39,512 nucleotides of DNA. It comes from Deltaproteobacteria bacterium. Lineage in GTDB: Bacteria; Desulfobacterota; Syntrophia; Syntrophales; Smithellaceae. This document shows positions 1 to 8,313 of this stretch, piece by piece; positions within the stretch are counted from its first letter, which is position 1; each line of letters opens with the position of its first letter. The position numbers and the translations under genes were made by a program. The stretch covers positions 1-39,512 of the forward strand of contig JANYAF010000246.1 of the NCBI GenBank assembly GCA_025355175.1, given 5' to 3'. The notes beneath the pieces are model-generated. The model was not told where the DNA came from and made no database searches. It worked only from the letters and a program-made list of their open reading frames with translations.

Positions 1-1152
1 AGTTTAAGTAAACGTCGCGAATGGGTGCTCCAGTCGGAAATCCGGAACATGTCCATAGAATGTGACCGCGTCGGGGGAATAAATCTTTCCCAGGGCGTCT
101 GTGATACAGAGGTTCCTCTCGTTGTCCGGCAGGGGGCGCAGGAGGCGATGGATCAGGGGGTTAACACCTACACCCGCTATGACGGACTGGAGGAACTACG
201 GAAAGCGATCGCGGATAAACAGAAAAGATTTACCGGTATGGAAGTCGATCCCGAAGGGGAGATCATCGTCAGTTCCGGGGCTACAGGGGCACTTTATTGC
301 ACCTGCCTCGCTCTTCTGAATCCCGGAGATGAAGTAATCGTATTTGAGCCTTTTTACGGTTATCATATCAGCACTCTTGTCGCCACGGGGGCTTTACCTG
401 TTTATGTTCCCCTGGAACTTCCGGACTGGTCATTTACCAGGGCTTCCCTGGAAAAGGCTTTAACGCCAAAAACCAGGGCCGTCATTGTCAATACGCCGGC
501 TAATCCCTCGGGCAAGGTATTCAGCAAAGAAGAGCTGCAGATCATTGCCGATTTTGCCGGCAGCCAAGACCTGTTTGTCTTCACCGATGAGATTTATGAG
601 CATTTCCTATATGATGAATGTCGCCATCTCCCGTTGGCGCTCTTGCCGGGAATGAGGGAGAGAACCATCACCATTTCGGGTCTTTCGAAAACTTTCAGCA
701 TCACCGGCTGGCGGATCGGCTATGTCCTTTGCGACGCCCGTTGGTCTCAAACCATCGGTCATTTCAATGACCTGGTCTATGTCTGCGCCCCGGCGCCACT
801 ACAGATGGGTGTAGCGAGAGGGCTCAGGGAGTTGGGCGAGGATTATTATGAAGGACTGGCCCGGCAATATCGGGTTAAACGGGATATGATCTGTGGCGCC
901 CTTTCCGAAGCGGGCATGGCCCCCTTTATTCCCCAGGGCGCCTACTACGTGCTGGCCGATGTTTCCCGTCTTCCGGGAGAAAACAGCAAAGATAAGGCCA
1001 TGTATTTGCTGCGCAATACGGGTGTTGCCTCAGTACCCGGCAGCGCTTTTTATCATGATGAGGCGGGAGAATCCCTGGTCCGTTTCTGTTTTGCCAAAGA
1101 TGACCCCATTCTTGAGGATGCCTGTAAAAAGCTGAAAAAGTTGCGAATTTGA
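1..1152 (+). CDS. PLP-dependent aminotransferase class I/II (probably 5'-truncated)
   Basis: Motifs INLSQG, NTPANPSGKVF, DEIYE and SKTFSITGWRIG (PLP lysine). The frame is open from base 1 (SLSKRREWVLQ), so the true start is probably upstream of the window. Confidence 0.9.
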   Translation, partial: SLSKRREWVLQSEIRNMSIECDRVGGINLSQGVCDTEVPLVVRQGAQEAMDQGVNTYTRYDGLEELRKAIADKQKRFTGMEVDPEGEIIVSSGATGALYCTCLALLNPGDEVIVFEPFYGYHISTLVATGALPVYVPLELPDWSFTRASLEKALTPKTRAVIVNTPANPSGKVFSKEELQIIADFAGSQDLFVFTDEIYEHFLYDECRHLPLALLPGMRERTITISGLSKTFSITGWRIGYVLCDARWSQTIGHFNDLVYVCAPAPLQMGVARGLRELGEDYYEGLARQYRVKRDMICGALSEAGMAPFIPQGAYYVLADVSRLPGENSKDKAMYLLRNTGVASVPGSAFYHDEAGESLVRFCFAKDDPILEDACKKLKKLRI

Positions 1153-1159
1153 TCATTCC

Positions 1160-3028
1160 ATGAAGAAACTTATCCATAACATACATTTCTATTATATGCT
1201 CATTATCGACTCGGTTTTGGTGGCTGCTGCCTATATTGGCGCCTATCTGCTCCGTTATGAGATGCAATTGCCCGCCTTTGAATGGCAACGAATTATTCAT
1301 ATCTTGCCATATCTTCTAGTCTTGAAGCTCACATGTTTTCTCCTGTTTGGTCTCTACCGAGGCATGTGGCGATATACAAGTTTGGAAGATCTGAAAAGGG
1401 TTGTCAAGGCGACAGTTGTCTCGTCCCTGACCCTGGTCTTGGCCGTCCTGTATATCTACCATTTTCAGGGATATTCCCGCGCTGCTTTCATCATCGACTG
1501 GTTATTGACCATTCTTTTCGTGGGCGGTGTCCGTATTGGCGTACGCCTATTCCTGACCAACAACATTGACTCTTTCTGGATGCTGGCAAAGAAGGGGCCG
1601 ATGGATAAGCGAATGCTGATCATCGGCGCCGGCGCCGCCGGAGAAAAGGCGATTCGGGAAATTATTGAAAATCCCGTGCTAAAGTTAAAGCCCGTTGGCT
1701 TTCTGGACGACGATCCGCAGAAACAGGGGAAGGCCATTCATGGAGTCCTCATTTTGGGATCGGTGGACGAAATCGGACAGCTACGCGAGGCATTTGACGA
1801 GATTCTCATTGCGATTCCCACCGCCAAAGGCGAGCAGATGCGCCGGATCGTGAAATTATGTGAAGAAACAGGCAAACGCTTCCGGACGATGCCCAGCATC
1901 GGGGAACTCATTGACGGTAAGGTGTCGGTAAAGGCCCTGCGGGAAGTCCGTATCGAGGATATTTTGGGCCGGGAAGAGGTCCATCTGGAGAAGGAATTAC
2001 TACGTAGGTTATATAATAACAAACGTATCCTGATTACCGGGGCGGGCGGTTCGATTGGCAGCGAGCTGGTCAGGCAGGTCTGCCAGTATCATCCGGGGGT
2101 GCTGGGGCTGCTGGATTTCAGTGAATTCAACCTGTTCCAGATTGATATGATGTGTCGTCAGCATTTTCCGGATCTTCAGATAAAAACTTATCTGACGGAT
2201 ATTCGCGACCTGCGGGCGGTTAAGCAGACCGTTCGCGATTTCAATCCCGAGGTAATTTTTCATGCCGCTGCCTATAAGCATGTGCCCCTCCAGGAAATCC
2301 ACCCTCGGGAAACGGTTTACAACAATGTTGTCGGAACCCGCAATCTGGCCCTGACGGCAACGGAATCAGGGGTGGAGCGCTTTGTGCTTGTATCGACAGA
2401 TAAGGCGGTGCGACCAACCAACGTCATGGGGGCGGCAAAAAGGGTTGCCGAGTTGATCCTTGCTGCATTGAATGACCAGTCGCAGACCCGCTTTGTTTCA
2501 GTGCGTTTCGGAAATGTCCTGGGAAGTTCCGGTTCGGTTATACCGATATTTCAGCAACAGATCAGCCAAGGCAAACCGGTGACGGTGACCCATCCGGAGG
2601 TGACCCGCTATTTTATGAGTATTCCCGAAGCAGCCCAGTTGATATTGCAGGCCGGGGCCATGGGCCAGGGTGGTGAAGTTTTCATCCTGGATATGGGTAA
2701 ACCCGTGAAGATCGCAGATATGGCCAGGGACGTAATACGCCTCCACGGCTTTGAGCCGGATAGGGATATCCCCATAGAATACATTGGCTTGCGCCCCGGT
2801 GAGAAGCTTTACGAAGAACTGATTACCGTCGGCGAGGGCATCATGCCGACCTCGCACCAAAAAATCAAGGTCATTCAGGGGAACCACGGCGATATTAAAA
2901 TCCTTAGGACCCAGATCGATGAATTGATTGCTGTAGCCGATACCTACGATGCAGAAGCCATTAAGCGAGAACTACGTAAGATTGTGCCTGAATTTAATCC
3001 CACCAGCAATACTATTGAAGAAGAGTAA
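1160..3028 (+). CDS. pglF: Membrane-bound UDP-GlcNAc 4,6-dehydratase, PglF/CapD/WbpM family
   Basis: N-terminal TM helices with GLYRGMWRY; IIGAGAAG domain; ITGAGGSIGSEL, HAAAYKHVP, STDKAVRPTNVMGAAK, VRFGNVLGSSGSV and GLRPGEKLYEEL. Confidence 0.92.
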   Translation: MKKLIHNIHFYYMLIIDSVLVAAAYIGAYLLRYEMQLPAFEWQRIIHILPYLLVLKLTCFLLFGLYRGMWRYTSLEDLKRVVKATVVSSLTLVLAVLYIYHFQGYSRAAFIIDWLLTILFVGGVRIGVRLFLTNNIDSFWMLAKKGPMDKRMLIIGAGAAGEKAIREIIENPVLKLKPVGFLDDDPQKQGKAIHGVLILGSVDEIGQLREAFDEILIAIPTAKGEQMRRIVKLCEETGKRFRTMPSIGELIDGKVSVKALREVRIEDILGREEVHLEKELLRRLYNNKRILITGAGGSIGSELVRQVCQYHPGVLGLLDFSEFNLFQIDMMCRQHFPDLQIKTYLTDIRDLRAVKQTVRDFNPEVIFHAAAYKHVPLQEIHPRETVYNNVVGTRNLALTATESGVERFVLVSTDKAVRPTNVMGAAKRVAELILAALNDQSQTRFVSVRFGNVLGSSGSVIPIFQQQISQGKPVTVTHPEVTRYFMSIPEAAQLILQAGAMGQGGEVFILDMGKPVKIADMARDVIRLHGFEPDRDIPIEYIGLRPGEKLYEELITVGEGIMPTSHQKIKVIQGNHGDIKILRTQIDELIAVADTYDAEAIKRELRKIVPEFNPTSNTIEEE

Positions 3029-3043
3029 AAGAGGGGATACACC

Positions 3044-3874
3044 ATGAACGCAAAGTTGGAGTACGAAATAAACTCAGAAGAAGAAATCAATCTTTACGAT
3101 TATTGGAAAGTTTTTGTAAAAAGGAAAAAGATTTTTTTGGGCATATTTCTTATTCCATTTGTGACCGTAACTATCATCAGTTTGAGCCTGCCTCGTTATT
3201 ACAGAGGTGAAGGTGAAATAAGCTATCCTGCATCACTTACATCACCTGCATCACCTGTGTTAGCTGCATCACCTGCCGCAAATATCGTTAAACTTATTGG
3301 CGTTATTGATGAAGCCCGAAAAGTTAAAATATTTACAAAAAATTCGGATGCAATTAAAAACGTGTCGGTATCACTTACCAAGGGATCCGCCGATAAGGTA
3401 ACCATACTTGTTGACGCTAAAACAGCCGATATTATTCCACAGGCTTTTAAAGGCATGGTTGATTATATAAGTAATATGCCGGAATTAAATGAAGAGAATG
3501 CAAAAATAAAAGAAGAAAACAATTTTAAAATGAAGCATCTTATAGAAGCCAAGAAGGAGAATCTTATTTTTTTGGGCCAGATAACAGATATGATGAAGAA
3601 AAGACAAATATCGTTAATTAGTGTTAATCCAGCTGACTTAATTAAGAAGGATGCCGATCTATATTTAGAAATTATGAACCTCCAGAAGATAGGAGCGAAC
3701 TTTGGATTACTTGGCCCACTCAGTATTAGCGTGCAACCTTCAAATTTACAAATAAAGCAGAGGATCGTCATTACCGGTCTTCTAAGCCTTTTCACCGGCA
3801 TATTGGCTGTTTTTTTTCTTGAATATATTGATCGGATTAAAGTGCGCGAGAATAATCAAAGGAGGCTACCATGA
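3044..3874 (+). CDS. wzz: Wzz-like chain-length determinant (polysaccharide co-polymerase)
   Basis: N-terminal EEEINLYDYWKVF followed by a TM helix, a periplasmic helical region and a C-terminal TM (GLLSLFTGILAVFFLEY). RBS GAGGGG upstream. Confidence 0.8.
   Translation: MNAKLEYEINSEEEINLYDYWKVFVKRKKIFLGIFLIPFVTVTIISLSLPRYYRGEGEISYPASLTSPASPVLAASPAANIVKLIGVIDEARKVKIFTKNSDAIKNVSVSLTKGSADKVTILVDAKTADIIPQAFKGMVDYISNMPELNEENAKIKEENNFKMKHLIEAKKENLIFLGQITDMMKKRQISLISVNPADLIKKDADLYLEIMNLQKIGANFGLLGPLSISVQPSNLQIKQRIVITGLLSLFTGILAVFFLEYIDRIKVRENNQRRLP
3227..3280 (+). repeat. Six imperfect in-frame 9-bp tandem units inside wzz
   Basis: CCTGCATCA CTTACATCA CCTGCATCA CCTGTGTTA GCTGCATCA CCTGCCGCA, encoding PAS-LTS-PAS-PVL-AAS-PAA. 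Confidence 0.8.
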
Positions 3875-4653
3875 CTCAAACGTATGAAAAAGGAAAATTG
3901 TACGATCTCCCTATCATCGATCTGAAAGCTGATCCAAACCAGCCGAGGAAGTCCATGGATCTTCAGGCGCTGGAGGATCTGGCTGCATCGGTCAAGCTGA
4001 AAGGTATTATTCAACCGATCCTGTTCAGGGTCACTGATGAGAACACTTACCTGATCATTGTTGCCGGTGAACGCCGTCATAAGGCTGCCCAAATGGCCGG
4101 TCTCCTGACCATTCCCGGCATCTGTGTGGAGGGCAACGCGGTGGAAATCGCCTTGGTAGAGAATCTACAAAGGCAGGACATCACCTGCATTGAAGAGGCG
4201 GAAGCCTTGAAAAGGCTCATGGATGAGGAGAAATACACTCAGGAACAGTTAGCGGCGGTCATCGGCAAGCCCCGCGCTACCATTACCGAAACCCTTTCCC
4301 TGGCGAACCTGCCTCAGGAGATTCGGAACGAATGCCGCGGCGACCGACAAATGAGTAAAAAGAGGCTTGTTGAGATTTCGCGGAAGAAACAGCAACGCGC
4401 CATGACCACGGCCTACGAAAAGTACAGAGAAGAACTGCAGAAGGAGAATGAAGGCGGCACTAAGAGGAGAGAGAAACTGACTGCGTCCGCCATCTTTTGC
4501 CAATCCCTCGACAAGTCCCGGGAGAGAGTGGAGAAGACCGACGTCTCCGAATGGTCCGACGACGACATCATGGCCGCCAATGATTCCATAAACAGGCTCA
4601 GGGAAGCCCTCGACAACTTCACCAACCCCCCGAGGGAGGGCAACCTGGAATAA
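3871..4653 (+). CDS. parB: ParB/RepB/Spo0J-family CTPase with HTH; no adjacent parA
   Basis: PNQPRK, GIIQPI, VAGERRHKA, ALVENLQR and the HTH YTQEQLAAVIGKPRATITETLSL. RBS AAGGAGG; ATGA overlap with the wzz stop. Confidence 0.9.
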   Translation: MTQTYEKGKLYDLPIIDLKADPNQPRKSMDLQALEDLAASVKLKGIIQPILFRVTDENTYLIIVAGERRHKAAQMAGLLTIPGICVEGNAVEIALVENLQRQDITCIEEAEALKRLMDEEKYTQEQLAAVIGKPRATITETLSLANLPQEIRNECRGDRQMSKKRLVEISRKKQQRAMTTAYEKYREELQKENEGGTKRREKLTASAIFCQSLDKSRERVEKTDVSEWSDDDIMAANDSINRLREALDNFTNPPREGNLE

Positions 4654-4663
4654 TGGAAAATGG

Positions 4664-4689
4664 GGGGAAAGATTTGAAATATGTTCCCC
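4664..4689. terminator. Imperfect hairpin just after parB, possible terminator or pause site
   Basis: GGGGAA (4664-4669) pairs with TTCCCC (4684-4689). It is flanked by A runs and has no U-tract on the + strand. Confidence 0.25.
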
Positions 4690-4696
4690 AAAAGTC

Positions 4697-4713
4697 CCTA
4701 TGACCATAGGTCA
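4697..4713. promoter_or_regulatory. Interlocked palindromes, candidate operator
   Basis: CCTATG-AC-CATAGG (4697-4710) overlaps TGACC-ATA-GGTCA (4701-4713), 4 bp upstream of a candidate -35 box. Confidence 0.35.
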
Positions 4714-4717
4714 CAAA

Positions 4718-4747
4718 TTGACTCATTAAATTTTCATGTTCTACCAT
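4718..4747 (+). promoter_or_regulatory. Candidate sigma70-type promoter
   Basis: TTGACT (4718-4723), 18-bp spacer, TACCAT (4742-4747), in the 528-bp intergenic gap. Confidence 0.35.
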
Positions 4748-5181
4748 AAAAAGGCAATAAAAACAGCAGCTTGCATAACGCTGCTTAGCAACAATTCTCG
4801 AATATATCCATTTGCGATCCAGAACAAAGAAAATAAGCACATTTTTTCTGTACATTTTGCCGAATAAGTACAATAATAAAGAAGATATCCCAACCTCCCA
4901 AGGCGAACGGATAAAATAAACATAAACGATCACGGGGCAAGGAAGAAACTGGTGGATAAAGAATTAAAGCAAATCAAGAAACAAACAATTGAGAATACTA
5001 GCCCAACCTCTTGCTAAGAATCAATATGGTGAATATCTCCTTAACCTCTTGGGAGAAAAAAGATGGATAAGCTGACCGGAGAATAATTTAAAATAAAATG
5101 TGTCATACATATATAAGAAAATATTTTGTTTTTACAGATGATAAATTTCCTATCCCAGCAAACTGATCATAGCGGATCACC

Positions 5182-7236
5182 ATGTTGTCTTTAATATTTT
5201 TCTCCAGTATATATTGGCTCAATTTTGCCATTCTCATCGGATATCAATGTATTGATTTCCTTTCCGTCTTGTATTTTTTTGCTTTTCTTGTCTTTTTTGT
5301 GTTTCCGATAGGGAACTGCTTTTATAAATTATTGTTTCGTAAGGCTTTGGTGCTGGAGAGATCATTTCAGGCTGTCATTCAGATGATGCTGGCGATACCT
5401 GTTATCGCGGCCGTTAATTTTTTTCTAGGCATCACTTATGCTTCGAACTTGGGGATGCTCCTGCTCTCCTATGCTTATATTCTATACTCCCATAGGGCGA
5501 ATTTGTCGGCGCATGCACCAATCATGAAGATGGCATCAGGTTGGCGTACGATCAGCAGCCGCGGTGAGCAGAGCTACTTGCTTTTTGTGCTGGCACTGAC
5601 TGCGCTATCGACCCTGGTTTCCGTAACCAGCTTCAGAATCTATAACTTTTACCCGGATCATATCAGTATTTTCGGCCATCCATCCGATGGATCAAGTTAT
5701 TACGCGATAATATCGGCACTTACTAAACATACCGGAAGTTTTATCTATGGTTTTGGAAGCACTCTGTATGCCGGAGATAATATGATGGCATACAGGTTTC
5801 TCTTCGAGATCTTCGAAAGTGTCTTTGTGAAATTTTCCGGAGTGGATATTGTATTGTTCCAAAGTGTGATTATTGCGCAAAGCCTGATGCTGCTTTTGTT
5901 TTGTATTGCTTTTCTGCCTTGCCTGAAATCGAATGCCCCGAAAAATTATTATCTGAGGAATTCATGGAATTTAATTTTTTCGGGACTAATCATCGTGGCC
6001 ATTTTTGCCTATTTTCGTCAGATTTCGTTACTGACATACAGTATAGCCGCTTTTCACTCCTTCATGGCTTGGATGTTCATTCTGGCGGCCGTAAAGATAT
6101 TGTTGTCTCTGGAAAAATTGCGCAACGGCGAAATCAATGCCGATTTTCACACAAGGACGGCATTGGTATTTGCATTATTTTTGACGGGGTTCATCATCCA
6201 CATTGTTTATACATTCATCTTATTCATATCGTTTCTCCTATATCTTATCTATCAGCGGTTTAATGATCGGCAAAAGAAGTATGTTGTCGCTATATGGTCT
6301 GGCAGCATTTTAATTTCCATCTTATTATTCGCGAGCGTTTTCAAAAATTGTCCGCTCGTTTTGGGCGATGGAAGCGTCTCTATCTATAACTTTGGCGCCA
6401 ATGTCGCAGATATTCAGCGTTACTTTAATGACCTGACTTTGCTGAAGCCGATTTATGCTGGTGCTTCCGCCTTCATTTTCTCTAATACCGCGGCGTCAAA
6501 CATTGTGGGAAGCTTCTATGCATTGTTTTGCTTTACGGGTTACTTCTTTATAATCCCTGTTTATTATTTCTTTTTTGCCAAAAGCAGATTCAAGTTTTTC
6601 TTTGCCAATATTCTGCTTGGAATTTATGTCGTCGTGCTGCTTATTAATTATCAGATAACGGTTCGGCCAAGCTTTCTTGCCATGTACATGCCCAACGTAA
6701 CCATGCTAGTAATAGCCTTCATGACCATGGAAACATTGCTGGTGACAAAATTTATTCGATTTCCGAAAGCTCCTGTCCTGCTGAAAATCAGTTTAATTGC
6801 GATGCTTACCGCCGCTGTTTTAATCTCTAATACCGTTGCGTTTGCAACGTCAAAAATGAAACTGGACATACCAAAGAAACTTTACGATGTAATGTTATAT
6901 GTTAAGAAAGATACGCCGCAGAATTCCGTTATATTGCATAATCTGAAAAGCTCAGATTACTATGCGTATTTTTCCGGCTTTGCCTATAGAAATGTTGTTT
7001 TGGAAAGAGGCGCATATGCTTATGTTTTTATCGACAACGAAAAAGAAGTCAGGACTGATATAGGTCAATTTTGTAATGACCCGGACATCTCCCGGCGGCT
7101 TAATATTTTAAACAAGTACTCGGTTACCCATGTGTTATCTTCCCCCGATTGTTCTTTTGTGTTACCGCAGGATAAGTTTCGGCCTGTATTCTCCAACAAC
7201 GAATACGTACTTTACCAATACTTAAAGCCACGATAA
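5182..7236 (+). CDS. Large polytopic membrane protein, GT-C-fold-like, with an STT3/AglB-core-like C-terminal domain
   Basis: Many hydrophobic segments and an acidic loop (HPSDGSSYY). The soluble C-terminus reads YVKKDTPQNSVIL..SDYYAYFSGFAYRNVVLE..ILNKYSVTHVL..VFSNNEYVLY. Confidence 0.65.
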   Translation: MLSLIFFSSIYWLNFAILIGYQCIDFLSVLYFFAFLVFFVFPIGNCFYKLLFRKALVLERSFQAVIQMMLAIPVIAAVNFFLGITYASNLGMLLLSYAYILYSHRANLSAHAPIMKMASGWRTISSRGEQSYLLFVLALTALSTLVSVTSFRIYNFYPDHISIFGHPSDGSSYYAIISALTKHTGSFIYGFGSTLYAGDNMMAYRFLFEIFESVFVKFSGVDIVLFQSVIIAQSLMLLLFCIAFLPCLKSNAPKNYYLRNSWNLIFSGLIIVAIFAYFRQISLLTYSIAAFHSFMAWMFILAAVKILLSLEKLRNGEINADFHTRTALVFALFLTGFIIHIVYTFILFISFLLYLIYQRFNDRQKKYVVAIWSGSILISILLFASVFKNCPLVLGDGSVSIYNFGANVADIQRYFNDLTLLKPIYAGASAFIFSNTAASNIVGSFYALFCFTGYFFIIPVYYFFFAKSRFKFFFANILLGIYVVVLLINYQITVRPSFLAMYMPNVTMLVIAFMTMETLLVTKFIRFPKAPVLLKISLIAMLTAAVLISNTVAFATSKMKLDIPKKLYDVMLYVKKDTPQNSVILHNLKSSDYYAYFSGFAYRNVVLERGAYAYVFIDNEKEVRTDIGQFCNDPDISRRLNILNKYSVTHVLSSPDCSFVLPQDKFRPVFSNNEYVLYQYLKPR

Positions 7237-7270
7237 ACGGAGACCTTTGCAAGGGCGATTTGGGCAGGAG

Positions 7271-7292
7271 GTGGTTTTAGACCACAATTTTT
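7271..7292 (+). terminator. Weak intrinsic terminator candidate
   Basis: GTGGT-TTTAG-ACCAC followed by AA and TTTTT, 35 bp after the stop codon. Confidence 0.3.
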
Positions 7293-7407
7293 GAGAGCTA
7301 TGGTGATGGCAGCCTCACGCAGGCTGAGCCCAGAGAATCATCATCATGAGTAAATGACGAACCGAGTCGTGCAAGGGCATCAATAAAGAAAAGGGAGCAG
7401 GAACGTA

Positions 7408-8313
7408 ATGAATGATCGAGGTATTTCATATATTGTGCCCGCGTATAATGAAGAATCAAGCATCATCACTACTCTGCAAAGGCTTGCTGGGATATTGTCG
7501 GAATTGGAAATGCCCTGTGAAATAATACTGGTGAATGATGGTTCCAGAGATAGAACAAAGGAACTTGCGGGACAATTTTCTCAGGTCAAGGTTGTTAATC
7601 ATCCCATTAATATCGGCTACGGCAATGCGCTGAAGTCCGGTATAAAAAGCGCGAAATATGAGTGGATTGGCATCGTCGATGCCGACGGCAGTTATCCAAT
7701 AGAAGACATTCCTCGGTTAGTGAAGGAAATGCAGGACGGTTTTGATATGGTTATTGGTTCGCGAATCAATACCGGTCAAATGGATAAACCGGTGAAAAAA
7801 CTCTTCCGGTGGATTTATAGGATGATGCTGAAGCTTGTTGTTAAAGACACCATAGAAGATGCCAACAGCGGTTTTCGCCTCTTTAAGCGGGATATGGCCT
7901 TGACGTTGCTTCCCTTTTTGTGCGGTACCTTTTCCTTCACAACCAGCCTGACCATCCTGGCCATGGGGAATTCTAATTTTGTCAAACATATTCCAATCCA
8001 ATATCATCCCAGAGAAGGGCAAAGTAAAGTCAATCATTTTCGCGATACGATTCGAACGATACAATACATCGTGCAGGGTATAACCTTTTTCAATCCGATT
8101 AAATTTTTCATGATGCTGGCGCTCGGCATGATTGTATTTGTCTGTATACCGGCGATGTTTCTTGCACTTTTCCGGATGCACACGCTATCTTTGTATTACA
8201 TAATTTTCGGAACAACGGTAACACTTTTGATCGCTTTGGGCATTCTCTGTGACATTGTTCGCATATCCTTAATGAAAGTTGCTGAAAAAGCTTCTACGTC
8301 TGACAGCCTATGA
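7408..8313 (+). CDS. GT2 glycosyltransferase, DPM1/GtrB-like polyprenyl-phosphate glycosyltransferase
   Basis: IVPAYNEE, VNDGSRD, NIGYGNALKSG, VDADG (DxD), DANSGFRLF and PREGQSK, with two C-terminal TM helices. Confidence 0.85.
   Translation: MNDRGISYIVPAYNEESSIITTLQRLAGILSELEMPCEIILVNDGSRDRTKELAGQFSQVKVVNHPINIGYGNALKSGIKSAKYEWIGIVDADGSYPIEDIPRLVKEMQDGFDMVIGSRINTGQMDKPVKKLFRWIYRMMLKLVVKDTIEDANSGFRLFKRDMALTLLPFLCGTFSFTTSLTILAMGNSNFVKHIPIQYHPREGQSKVNHFRDTIRTIQYIVQGITFFNPIKFFMMLALGMIVFVCIPAMFLALFRMHTLSLYYIIFGTTVTLLIALGILCDIVRISLMKVAEKASTSDSL

Noticed and set aside
1-1152. First aminotransferase as the PglE partner of PglF
   Set aside because: It is class I/II, not the DegT family used for NDP-sugars; adjacency alone is insufficient.
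4619-4933. Minus-strand hydrophobic ORFs (4741-4923, 4619-4933)
   Set aside because: No clear RBS or motif; the hydrophobicity is explained by the T-rich minus strand.
7238-7250. GGAGACC resembling the 3' end of a cobalamin riboswitch B12 box
   Set aside because: The upstream conserved elements are absent, and that sequence is coding.
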